Counted from the first letter of the stretch, positions 15,335 to 24,476 are shown. The stretch: 25,755 bases of DNA from Oligoflexus sp. (GCA_041736305.1 JBGSTX010000365.1:1-25755), one strand, 5' to 3'. The notes: a model not told the origin generated them from the letters alone. Program-made: numbers and translations.

Positions 15335-15928
15335 ATGCGTTCAAACTGTTACCGAGGGACTCTCTTAATTTTTGCAAGTCTTGCCCTCCAACTTTCCTGC
15401 CGAACCAACCACCGTAAACCCGATTTAGGCCAGATTCCAAACAAGGAAAATAAACAGTCGACAGGAAATCCTGGTGACACCGCAAAGGATGGCGGCTCCG
15501 GTAACGGTGACAAGACCACTAACGGCGGCAAGAATAATAATAACAATGGCAACAGCGGTAGTAGTCGAAATGGAAACAGCGGCAACAGCGGTAACAACAA
15601 CAGCGGGAATAGCGCCGGCGAGGACGGGAAATCTGATGTTAATTTTCAGCCGGAATTAGGTAGCGAGGATACGGACGGCTACATGCCGACCTGCAAGCCT
15701 GATGGTTTGAAAACCAGCAGCTTCGAACTGAAGTACGTAGCAGGTAGCGGTTCGCAGGGTAGCATGGTCATCTCAACGGGGAGTGGTTTTAGCTGTAAGA
15801 AGACCGTAGCTGTGGGAAATGACAAGTTCTACCCTCTCTGCAGCGTCGCCTGTCCCTCCCAAACCAGCCAACTCGCTTCGGATTGGGGCTGGTGTAAAGG
15901 TGAGCTGAGCTTTACCTGCAAGAAATGA
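15335..15928 (+). CDS. Lipoprotein with Asn/Gly/Ser linker and C-terminal 6-Cys domain (paralog 2)
   Basis: MRSNCYRGTLLIFASLALQLSC lipobox, AGGTGG RBS, shared GSxG, GxGFSCK, PxCSxACP, WGWCxGxLxFxC. Confidence 0.8.
   Translation: MRSNCYRGTLLIFASLALQLSCRTNHRKPDLGQIPNKENKQSTGNPGDTAKDGGSGNGDKTTNGGKNNNNNGNSGSSRNGNSGNSGNNNSGNSAGEDGKSDVNFQPELGSEDTDGYMPTCKPDGLKTSSFELKYVAGSGSQGSMVISTGSGFSCKKTVAVGNDKFYPLCSVACPSQTSQLASDWGWCKGELSFTCKK
15551..15606 (+). repeat. Coding microrepeat (AACAGCGG x4) giving an NSG-rich linker
   Basis: AACAGCGG at 15551, 15575, 15584 and 15599. Confidence 0.7.
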
Positions 15929-15955
15929 AGAATCTGAGCGCGTATGTTAGTATGG

Positions 15956-15980
15956 GAAGGAGGCCTCGCCGCCTTTTTTT
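15956..15980 (+). terminator. Possible intrinsic terminator
   Basis: AAGG-A-GGC-CTC-GCC-G-CCTT followed by a T run; weak stem with a 3-nt loop. Confidence 0.35.
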
Positions 15981-16007
15981 CGATACCAGACCTAGAGAGG
16001 ACGCGCT

Positions 16008-17735
16008 ATGTCTGATTCCAAATCATACCCCTCACAAGACCCTTTATGGACCAAATCCGAGAAGGGATTGCTAGAACTCAGAATAGTCGAACTCACAGGT
16101 GTAGCCGAACACCTGGCGCAGACGATTTCAAACGCTCAGCTGCAGATCGAACGCCTCGAACCGGAGCTCGAAGATCTTAAGCGCCAAAGGCAGCTCGCCA
16201 TCGCCGACTTCAAAACACAAGAAGGATTCAATGCCCAGAAGCGCCAAGAACTCTTTGGCCTCAGCCAAGAGCTCAAGCGCTACGAAAGCCAAATCATCAC
16301 CCAAGAAGAGCGGCTCCGCTCCTTAAGGGAAGATGTGGAAATTGCTGAAAAAAACAGCAAAAGTGCGGTTGATGTGATGCGGCAGGAAAGCCATGATAAA
16401 ATGAAGGCCATAAAGCATGAGTTTGCCTCAGAGCGGGAAGCCTTGCAAATAGAGCTTGAAGTGCAGACGCGAGAATCTGAATTCGCCATACGGCAGCTAC
16501 ATGAAGACTTGGCTGAATCTCGTAAAAAGCAGCAGAGGGCTTTGGAAATCGAAGGCTTCGAGCTCAAAAAGAAAGCGGAAGACTTGGCCACCCGCATTTT
16601 GCAAGACGGGAAGACCAAAAACGAAGCCCTCATCAAAGCCACTGAAGCGACGGCCATCGAAGTGCGTCGCGAATCTGAAGTGGCAGCGAAGCGCCTCCTC
16701 CACGAAGCTAACCAGAAGGCTGCTGAAATCGTCCGAGCCTCCCAGAACGAAGCCGACGAGATCCGGAGGCGTACCCACAATGAAGAAATTACCTTCCTTA
16801 AAGAAAAAAATAGCGGTCTAGCTGAACTCAAGCTCATGGTGAGCAATGCTCGAGACGAAGCCGAAAAAATCGTTTTGGCAGCTGGCGAAGAGGCCAGGCT
16901 CTTACAGCAGAGGAGCGAAGCCGAAAACGATGCAAGAATTCACGCCTGCAATCAGAAAATCAAGCATGCGCGCCAGACCGCTGAGAAAGAAACCCAGGAT
17001 TTTATCCAAAAGTCTCGCGCCGAACTAGCACAAGAGGCGAGGGATCAAGAAGCTTATCTGGCCCGCGTGAAAAATGAACAAGAGAGAGAGCTCCAGAGCG
17101 ATGTGCAGCGCGCGAACGAAGAAGCCCGTAGAATCTTGGCCCAGGCGCGCGAGCGGGCCCAGGCGATTGTCGAAACAGCGGCTCAAGAAAAGAATTACAA
17201 GATCGAGGAAATCAAAGCGACCGAAGCTACGATCTACGAATCGGCCCGCCAGTCAGCAGCATCGATCGCTGCTGACGCCGATAAAATGGCTTTAACCCTC
17301 TTGGAAGAGGCGCGTGCCCGCGCCGCTCATGTTGAGAAAAATATTGAATCCTTGATGGCCGAGGCTTATGTAGAAGCCGAGAAAATCAAGTCAAAGGCCG
17401 ACGCCTATTTTGAGAAAATCAAACGAGAGCTGCCCGATCCCGCCGTCTGGGAACAGGAGCTAGGCAAACTGAGGCAAGAGGAGCAGGGGAGGCTGCAGGG
17501 CCTGATTGAACCTGTCGTCAAAAATTATCTTTCGGCCATCGACCGAGCTATAAATGAAGCATTCCTGAGTCTACCTCAAAAATATCAAAACCACGCTGCC
17601 ATTCAGGAATTTACCGAAGCTATTGCGCAAATCCAGCGCAAAAAGGATCAGATAAATTTTGCGGATGTAGTCTTGCGTTCGACGAATCGGCCTACGAGTC
17701 AGGTTCCTCATAAGCCGATCAAAGGTGCATCCTGA
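16008..17735 (+). CDS. Long cytoplasmic coiled-coil protein (A/E/K/R-rich, DivIVA/Scy/FliH-like repeats)
   Basis: 575 aa with no TM or signal. Recurring AxxxAxxIxxxA units such as EANQKAAEIVRAS, ARDEAEKIVLAA and ANEEARRILAQARERAQAIVETA. GAGG RBS. Confidence 0.85.
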   Translation: MSDSKSYPSQDPLWTKSEKGLLELRIVELTGVAEHLAQTISNAQLQIERLEPELEDLKRQRQLAIADFKTQEGFNAQKRQELFGLSQELKRYESQIITQEERLRSLREDVEIAEKNSKSAVDVMRQESHDKMKAIKHEFASEREALQIELEVQTRESEFAIRQLHEDLAESRKKQQRALEIEGFELKKKAEDLATRILQDGKTKNEALIKATEATAIEVRRESEVAAKRLLHEANQKAAEIVRASQNEADEIRRRTHNEEITFLKEKNSGLAELKLMVSNARDEAEKIVLAAGEEARLLQQRSEAENDARIHACNQKIKHARQTAEKETQDFIQKSRAELAQEARDQEAYLARVKNEQERELQSDVQRANEEARRILAQARERAQAIVETAAQEKNYKIEEIKATEATIYESARQSAASIAADADKMALTLLEEARARAAHVEKNIESLMAEAYVEAEKIKSKADAYFEKIKRELPDPAVWEQELGKLRQEEQGRLQGLIEPVVKNYLSAIDRAINEAFLSLPQKYQNHAAIQEFTEAIAQIQRKKDQINFADVVLRSTNRPTSQVPHKPIKGAS

Positions 17736-17742
17736 AAGACTC

Positions 17743-19911
17743 TTAGTTAACTTTGCTCACTAGTGATAAATTGCGCGTCTCATTGCCTGGATTGGATTCT
17801 TCCAGAGGACGCATGACGATGACGACCCAGCCCTTGCCCTTATAGCTGTTATAGCCGGGGGTTCGCGCATAGCCGATAGCGAACTCCTTGCCATCAGGAT
17901 CCAGTTTTTCCATGAGGAATCCCGAGGTCGAATTATCGATCGACTTAAAAGCTCTGAGCGACGCGAAGCTGCGATCCAGCAGGCCTTCGCCATCTGTGTT
18001 GCCGATCAGCTGACCTTTCGAACTGAGCAGCATGACATTGCTCTCTCTGCCCACGATGGCATCCTTCAGAATCCCATAAATAAACTGGCAGTTGAAACGG
18101 GCTGTGATCACACCGACGATCTCGCCATTTGCGGCTCGCAGGGGAGCGGCAAAGCTGACTGTATAGGTATTGATGGTTTTGGAAAAATAGAGATCAGTTA
18201 CGACCATCTGGCCTCGAGAGCATTCCCTGAACCAGTCGCGATCGGCCTGGGATTGTCCCACCAGATCGCTACGGACGGCGGCCGCCAGAACAGTGCCCTT
18301 CTGATCGAGGAGAATGATATCGTGATAGACCTCGTAGATAGAATGAATTTTCTGAAGAAGATCCTGTGCCAAAAGATCGGTCTTGCCTGATTGAGCGCAG
18401 TTGATAAAGCGCTCGAAACTAGCAAAGGCCTGTATATCGCAGTAACGTTCGAAGAGATTGCGATCGATCTTGTCTATCATATCGAAGGCGGCGTCAGCTA
18501 GTCGTGCCGCTACAGTATCTTGAACGCAAGCGCCGAGAGATTCTGTCAGCGAGTTGACGATGAGCACGAATTCCTCTGACTGCTTTGCGAGCCGACCGAT
18601 TTCAGAAGCGATGACCGAGAAAGATTCACCATCGGCTCCGGCAACACCGGCTTGGATCGAGGCGTTGACGGCCAGCATGTTGGTTTCATTATTGATCTGG
18701 TTGATCGCTTTGACAAGCTCACGGATATGCGATGAGACTTTGACAAGATCGCGGTTAGCCAGTTCCGATGCGAAAAGATGCGACTCGCCATCGCGCTTGA
18801 TGGGATCGAGGAAAAACTCGGCGTCTTTGAGTTCAACCGGATGACAGACGATAGCTGACCACGCCTTGCCCGGATAGGCAGCAAAACCCCTCGTATGGCA
18901 GAATCCCCAAGCAGTGGGACGGCCGTTGCGAGCACATTCGATGGAAAAGCCTGAGCCACCGCCGGTAGCAGACTCTCCCGCCATCAGCCAAGAAAGGTCA
19001 TCGCGGAGGACTCCTCTTTGGGCCGTCGACGCGAGTACGGTACCTTCAAGGTTTATGATGTAGGCACGGCAGTCTTTATCGAGAGGCATTTTGTCGATCA
19101 TTTCTTGCACGAAATGCCAGTTGAAGCGGGTCGAGATTGCGCCGATGAAGATGCCTGCATCGTCGAAAATAGGGGCTGTATAGGCAACGTTGTGCCCGTT
19201 GATGAGCGGTGAATGATGCATATCGGTAACGAAGGGCTTGCCGCTCGATTTCGTCTGGCGGAAATAATCCTGCCGCGACTGATCATGGCCGATCAGCTTG
19301 GTTCTCTTACCGGCAGAGACAATAATGCCTTCCTGATTGAGTAGGAATACATCCTCGTACACCATGTAAGTATTCATGAGCATCTTCAACTGCTCCGAGC
19401 AGGCACGCATAGCTACTGCAAATTCAGATTCAGTTTGTGTCTCAGCGCTCGATATTTGGGCTGCACTCAAACCTTTGGTCGCTCGTGCGCAGCTCTGCAC
19501 ACGGTCGAAGGTCGCCCAGGCCTGGCAGTCGCAGTTGCGCTCGAAGAGATTGCGATCGATTTTATCTATCAAATCTGAGGCGATATCTGCGTAACGGACA
19601 GCCGTTGCACGGAGAGCGCAGCGCTGGAGGTTTCTAATTTCTTGCTGAAGCTTTTCCGCCAGCTCTTCCGTCCGGTGAGCCTGACGGCTGACTTGATCGG
19701 CGACGAGCGCGAAATTTTCGCGCTGGCTCTGGCTGCGAGCTGCTTCAATCGCGGCATTGAGCGCGATGAAGTTTGCCTTGAGATTGATGTTCTCCAGCAT
19801 AGAAAGCGCGGCGTCCATTTTGCTGGTGGCACCTAGAAGAGTCGCGGCTTCCTGCGCAGGTTTCTCGGTCTTGACGGTTTGATAGTTGGAGTGTTTGGTT
19901 GAAGCACTCAT
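17743..19911 (-). CDS. Soluble chemoreceptor-like protein with two tandem [MCP signalling hairpin + dCache-like] units
   Basis: NFIALNAAIEAAR..FALVADQV and TNMLAVNASIQAG..GESFSVIASEIGRLA. Each is followed by IDKIDRNLFER and a Cache-like region (YEDVFLL/YHDIILL, SRQDYF/ADRDWF, VTD, API/APL, GVITARFN). No TM. ATG 19911 overlaps the cheA stop (ATGA). Confidence 0.85.
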   Translation of the reverse strand: MSASTKHSNYQTVKTEKPAQEAATLLGATSKMDAALSMLENINLKANFIALNAAIEAARSQSQRENFALVADQVSRQAHRTEELAEKLQQEIRNLQRCALRATAVRYADIASDLIDKIDRNLFERNCDCQAWATFDRVQSCARATKGLSAAQISSAETQTESEFAVAMRACSEQLKMLMNTYMVYEDVFLLNQEGIIVSAGKRTKLIGHDQSRQDYFRQTKSSGKPFVTDMHHSPLINGHNVAYTAPIFDDAGIFIGAISTRFNWHFVQEMIDKMPLDKDCRAYIINLEGTVLASTAQRGVLRDDLSWLMAGESATGGGSGFSIECARNGRPTAWGFCHTRGFAAYPGKAWSAIVCHPVELKDAEFFLDPIKRDGESHLFASELANRDLVKVSSHIRELVKAINQINNETNMLAVNASIQAGVAGADGESFSVIASEIGRLAKQSEEFVLIVNSLTESLGACVQDTVAARLADAAFDMIDKIDRNLFERYCDIQAFASFERFINCAQSGKTDLLAQDLLQKIHSIYEVYHDIILLDQKGTVLAAAVRSDLVGQSQADRDWFRECSRGQMVVTDLYFSKTINTYTVSFAAPLRAANGEIVGVITARFNCQFIYGILKDAIVGRESNVMLLSSKGQLIGNTDGEGLLDRSFASLRAFKSIDNSTSGFLMEKLDPDGKEFAIGYARTPGYNSYKGKGWVVIVMRPLEESNPGNETRNLSLVSKVN
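18449..19560. repeat. 20-nt direct repeat marking the internal duplication
   Basis: tcgaagagattgcgatcgat at 18449-18468 and 19541-19560 (offset 1092 nt = 364 codons). Confidence 0.85.
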
Positions 19912-22900
19912 GCAGCAGACTCCTCGCGTAGGGTGACCTGACCTGGCTGTTGGCACATCTTGGCAAGTGCCGCTGGGTCAATTAAAGTGATAAGTTTCTG
20001 ATCTTTCTGATAGACACCACTGATATACTGCGCCTGATGCGCCTCTCGCTCACTGGCTTTGCTGAGGCCTTCGCCGGCTATCAACTGCGTGAGCAGCAGT
20101 ACTTCGCCAATAGCATCGAAGCGAAACGCGAAGAAAGTTCCTTCGTAATCGACGATGGCCTGCTGATGGCCCTGGCCCGAGGGATGCTGAAGCAGAAGCC
20201 CAAGGTCGATGACGGGCACCATCTTGCCTCGAAAGGCTGTGATGCTGTTCATCCAAGGCTCATAATCGGGTACCGAAACGCTAGGTGTCAGACGCGATAC
20301 TTCCTTCAACACATCCATCGGCATGGCAAAAGTGTCTTCACCCAGTTTGAAGGTAACGATGCGCTTACTGACGGTTTTTTGATCTTCAAAAAACTTTGCA
20401 TTGCCATCCACTTTGTCGAGTCCGGACTCAATCCGTTTGAGTTCTTGGAGGACTTGGTGATGGGCCATCTTGGGGATAAAGGCCGTCGCTCCCGCTGACA
20501 TCGCGAGGCGAATAACCTCTTTATTGGTCAGCGAGGTGATGATGAGACAAGGCAAGTGCTTGGTATGTTCGGTACCCTTGACCCAACGCGTGAGGCTTAG
20601 ACCATCCATGCGAGGCATCTCCACGTCCGACAGAATGCCATCGATGCCTTTGGCGTTCTGGGGATCCAGGAGGAACTCTTTCAGCGCTAGACCGTCTGGA
20701 AAGGAGCTTACTTCGAAATCGCGCGCCTTGAGAAAGGCGATGAGCTGCTCGCGGAAGAAAGGGTCATCTTCTGCCAGAGCGATGCGCCGGATTTTTATCG
20801 TCTGCTTCTCGTGCGCTTTGAATTCCGAGCCAAAGGCTTCAGATGTAAGCCCAAAGAGATCCACCAAGAGGCAAGTCATGCTTTCGATGACCGTACTTCC
20901 AGTGATCATTTTCGAACGCAAAGCATTATCATACTGCACAGGCATGCGAATAATGCCGGAAAAATGGTCCATAGGCATTCCGAAGGAACGTTCCTCAATC
21001 TGATAGATGAGGACCGCGTACTGCTGTCTCACGATGCGCGGTTTGTTCAGGAGAGTTTCTTCGATCCAGACGAGGGGTATCGTTGTACCGTCGAGTGTAA
21101 TGAAAGATCGCGGGCCAATATCGTGTATATCTTCGGCCGCAATGGAGACAATTTGCTTGATGCTATGTACCGGTATGCAAAAGCTCTCGTAGTTCTTAAA
21201 GACAGCAATCTTTTGCTGGAGGCGCCGAAGGTCGGAATCCGTGATCGTAGTCCCTCCGTGCATTTTCGCTCCGGATGAGCTGCGGGTCTCAGTTTTTGCA
21301 TGGAGCTTCTGAGCAAGGCGTCCGAGGTCGACTTGAAACATGAGGGAGCCATCGCCGCGGCGAGTGAGTCCCGAAAAAGGGGCGTCGACAGCAAAAATCG
21401 GCGGCAGAGCCTGGCATACCATGCTACAGGGTCCGACGATAGCTCCGACTTTGAGGACGAAGCGCAGGTTGCCGTTGCGCACCTGTATCATATGCTGCTC
21501 AGATTCAGTCTCGTCAGCTTCTAAATCGAAAACGCTAGCCAGATCCAAAACGGGTAGGGGAGTATCGCGCAGAACCAGAACGCGGCTTCCGTCATTGATC
21601 TCGCGCAGATTGTTGCGTATTAGCGGCGACTCTGACGAAAAAACTTCTTCGATCGAAAGCTGGGGAATGGCGTAGCTGCGCGGACCAACTCGGAATTCCA
21701 GACATTCGGAAATCGCCATGCTCAGCGGCAGACGCAGAGTTATGGTGGTACCCGAGCCGAGATTAGACATCAATTCTAGATTGCCGCCGAGAGACGTGAC
21801 CACCTGCTTCACGACGTCCATCCCCACCCCGCGTCCAGACACGTTGGTGACGACTTCTGCACCTGAAAAGCCCGGTAGAAAGATCAGTTGCATAGCATCG
21901 TTGTCCATCATCCGCTGGGCATCTGCTTCGGTGATGAAACCTTTGTTCACGGCCTTTTGCTTGATGCGAGACGGGTCGATACCACGCCCATCATCGTTAA
22001 CTTGTATGACGACTTCACCAGCTTTATGGAAGGCTGAAAGGCTTACCTGACCTTCAGCCGCTTTGCCGGCTTGGATGCGGACGTCAGGCATCTCAAGCCC
22101 ATGGTCGACTGCGTTACGCAGCATGTGCATGATAGGGTCAGCAATCACGTCGAGGATGGAGCGGTCGACCAGAGTCTCCGTGCCTTGCAGCTCGAAGGCT
22201 ACCTTCTTACCGAGTTCCTGCGAAGTCGAGCGGACGACGCGATGCATAGATGAGAACACCGGTTTGATGGGACTGAGGCGCATCCGCAGGACGGTGTTTT
22301 GAAGCTTATTTGAGAAATGTGCCAGCTGCTGACAGTTTTCGATAAAGCTCCAGTCAGAGCTGTATTTGGCTTTGAGGAATTGGAAGCTGCTCTCGACCAG
22401 CATAAAATCGCCCACGACCAGCATCAGCTGTTCGACTAGGGTTCGAGAGATCTTGATGAATTCGTCTTCTTCGTGCTGTTTTTTGGCGGCAGCTGGTTCG
22501 CTTTTTGCGATATCAGCATGTTGGTCATGGTGCTGGCCTTCGGAGGCGACGACTTCGAGTTGAGCGAGAAGTCCAAAATAGCGCTTTTGCCCTTCTTTAC
22601 CACTCGATTTCAGATGTTCTCTGAGGTCGCGCATGGCATTGAAAACTTCGAGCAGAAGGGTGATGAGCGGGTTGGTAATAGTGAGACGCCCCGAACGTAC
22701 ATGGTCAAACACGGATTCCGCGTAATGCATGAGTTCGGGGAGTATCTTCAGTCCGACCATGGTCGAACTACCTTTGAGGTTGTGAAAAGAGCGAAAGACG
22801 GCGTTTATAAGGTCGCCTTTGCTAGGATCGTGCTCGAGGTCGATCAGCTTCTGTTCCAAATCGGCGATGGTCTCTTCCAACTCCTGGATAAAACTTCCAA

Positions 22901-22961
22901 GCAGGTTGGGGGCCATATCATCGGAGTTTTGATCAGACTCGTTTTCGCCGAAAATTTCCAT
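19908..22961 (-). CDS. cheA: Hybrid CheA kinase: Hpt - dimerisation - HATPase - CheW - CheW - REC - CheW
   Basis: FRSFHNLKG, HMLRNAVDHG, DDGRGID and SGRGVGMDVV. CheW starts are LEFRVGPRSYAIP, IAVFKNYESFCIP and IVTFKLGEDTFAMP. REC motifs are LAEDD, SDVEMPRMDG, IITS and FIPK. Confidence 0.95.
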   Translation of the reverse strand: MEIFGENESDQNSDDMAPNLLGSFIQELEETIADLEQKLIDLEHDPSKGDLINAVFRSFHNLKGSSTMVGLKILPELMHYAESVFDHVRSGRLTITNPLITLLLEVFNAMRDLREHLKSSGKEGQKRYFGLLAQLEVVASEGQHHDQHADIAKSEPAAAKKQHEEDEFIKISRTLVEQLMLVVGDFMLVESSFQFLKAKYSSDWSFIENCQQLAHFSNKLQNTVLRMRLSPIKPVFSSMHRVVRSTSQELGKKVAFELQGTETLVDRSILDVIADPIMHMLRNAVDHGLEMPDVRIQAGKAAEGQVSLSAFHKAGEVVIQVNDDGRGIDPSRIKQKAVNKGFITEADAQRMMDNDAMQLIFLPGFSGAEVVTNVSGRGVGMDVVKQVVTSLGGNLELMSNLGSGTTITLRLPLSMAISECLEFRVGPRSYAIPQLSIEEVFSSESPLIRNNLREINDGSRVLVLRDTPLPVLDLASVFDLEADETESEQHMIQVRNGNLRFVLKVGAIVGPCSMVCQALPPIFAVDAPFSGLTRRGDGSLMFQVDLGRLAQKLHAKTETRSSSGAKMHGGTTITDSDLRRLQQKIAVFKNYESFCIPVHSIKQIVSIAAEDIHDIGPRSFITLDGTTIPLVWIEETLLNKPRIVRQQYAVLIYQIEERSFGMPMDHFSGIIRMPVQYDNALRSKMITGSTVIESMTCLLVDLFGLTSEAFGSEFKAHEKQTIKIRRIALAEDDPFFREQLIAFLKARDFEVSSFPDGLALKEFLLDPQNAKGIDGILSDVEMPRMDGLSLTRWVKGTEHTKHLPCLIITSLTNKEVIRLAMSAGATAFIPKMAHHQVLQELKRIESGLDKVDGNAKFFEDQKTVSKRIVTFKLGEDTFAMPMDVLKEVSRLTPSVSVPDYEPWMNSITAFRGKMVPVIDLGLLLQHPSGQGHQQAIVDYEGTFFAFRFDAIGEVLLLTQLIAGEGLSKASEREAHQAQYISGVYQKDQKLITLIDPAALAKMCQQPGQVTLREESAA

Positions 22962-22986
22962 AACTGACGCCTCGAATCAGGGTAAC

Positions 22987-24354
22987 TTATGCAGCGCGTT
23001 CTTTGTTCTTCTGGATCTTGACTGGGCCTGGAGCTTCGACTTGGAAGTTGCTGTTGATGACTTCCGCGTGTTGGCTACTATCGAGGCCAGCGTCTTCGTC
23101 TTGTGCAGAAATGCGCACTGTAGTGAAGAACGAGAGGACCTTGATGATAGCGAAGGTGCCTACTACAGAGAAGCCGATCACAGCTCCTGTAGCTATAAGG
23201 TTAGCCTTCATAACCGCGAAGCTTCCATAGATGATACCGTCGGCTCCTGCTTCGTTCACTGCCTTCGAAGCAAATACGGGAACCAGAAGGCTGCCGATGG
23301 TTCCGCCTACGCCGTGGCAAGCGAATACATCGAGAGAGTCGTCGAGTTTGAATCTTTCTTTGATAGCCAGAGCGACGAAATTGCAAACGCCGCCGGCGAT
23401 GAGACCAATCACGAGCGCGGAGCTAGTGCTGACGAAGCCTGAACCGGGAGTGATCGCAATAAGGCCGACGACAGCTCCGATGGAAGCGCCGATAGCGCTC
23501 GGCTTGCCTTTGAGGAAAGTATCAACGAGTACCCAAGAAAGAGATGCACCGACAGCGCCTAAGAAAGTACAGACGAAGGCTTGGGCTGCTAGGCCATTGG
23601 CACCTAGTGCTGATCCAGCGTTGAAACCGAACCATCCGAACCAGAGCAAAGCAGTACCAAGCAGTACCATTCCTGTGTCATAAGCAGGCAGGCTTTTGCC
23701 GAAATCTTTGCGCTTACCGAGCATGATGGCAGCGACGATAGCCGAGTAACCCGCTGTCATATGGACAACAAAACCACCTGCGAAATCGAGGGCGCCGAGG
23801 TTTCTGATCCAGCCGCCAACACCCCAAACCCAGTGGGCTACAGGTGCATAGACCAGCAGCGACCAGAGAGAGGCGAAGCCTAACCAGGCTTTGAAGGACA
23901 TACGTTCAGCGACTGCACCGCTGATGAGGGCAGGGGCAATGATTGCAAACATGCACTGAAAAATCATGAAAGCTAAGTGAGGGATGGTGGCGGCATAGTC
24001 AGCGTTGGGAGCTTGGCCGACACCATTGAGCATGACCCAGTTGAATCCACCGATCAGACCGGCTTGCGTTGGTCCGAAGGCAAGGGTATAGCCTACTACC
24101 GTCCATAGGACACCAATAAGGGAAAGCGTAGCAAAGTTTTGAAAGAGAGTAGAAACTACGTTCTTAGTACGAACCATGCCGCCGTAGAAGAAAGCCAGGC
24201 CTGGGGTCATCAGAAGGACAAAAGCGGCACTGGCGAGAACCCAGGCGGTGTCGCCTGCATTGATCGTAGGGCTGGTGGTGTCGGCATAGGCAGCGGCGCT
24301 GCTCAGCCAAGCGCCAATGGAAGCGAGACTCAGCTTCATCAGGGGTTTTCTCAT
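22987..24354 (-). CDS. amtB: Ammonium transporter
   Basis: LMTPGLAFFYGGMVR, FQCMFA, HWVW, DFAGGFVVH, LWFGWFGFNAGS and DDSLDVFACHG (twin His intact). GAGGA RBS before ATG 24354; signal peptide. Confidence 0.97.
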   Translation of the reverse strand: MRKPLMKLSLASIGAWLSSAAAYADTTSPTINAGDTAWVLASAAFVLLMTPGLAFFYGGMVRTKNVVSTLFQNFATLSLIGVLWTVVGYTLAFGPTQAGLIGGFNWVMLNGVGQAPNADYAATIPHLAFMIFQCMFAIIAPALISGAVAERMSFKAWLGFASLWSLLVYAPVAHWVWGVGGWIRNLGALDFAGGFVVHMTAGYSAIVAAIMLGKRKDFGKSLPAYDTGMVLLGTALLWFGWFGFNAGSALGANGLAAQAFVCTFLGAVGASLSWVLVDTFLKGKPSAIGASIGAVVGLIAITPGSGFVSTSSALVIGLIAGGVCNFVALAIKERFKLDDSLDVFACHGVGGTIGSLLVPVFASKAVNEAGADGIIYGSFAVMKANLIATGAVIGFSVVGTFAIIKVLSFFTTVRISAQDEDAGLDSSQHAEVINSNFQVEAPGPVKIQKNKERAA

Positions 24355-24449
24355 ACATTCCTCTTTTACAGTCGTGATAGGGGCTTCGTTAACAGTCGCA
24401 AACTCATACGCTAAAGGCAGAGGCATCTCCGCCCTGATAACTGGCATCT

Positions 24450-24476
24450 AATTCGGACAAGCAAAGAAAATGTTTA
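24450..24476 (-). promoter_or_regulatory. Sigma28 (FliA)-like promoter upstream of amtB
   Basis: TAAA (24476-24473), exactly 15 nt, then TCCGAATT (24457-24450). Confidence 0.5.

Noticed and set aside
16280-23683. Many 60-190 aa antisense or alternate-frame ORFs over the coiled-coil, receptor, cheA and amtB genes
   Set aside because: They are typical shadows of real genes, with no independent motifs.
24355-24447. 31-aa N-terminal extension of AmtB from ATG 24447
   Set aside because: ATG 24354 has a better RBS and a signal peptide, and 24447 lies at or before the predicted sigma28 start site.
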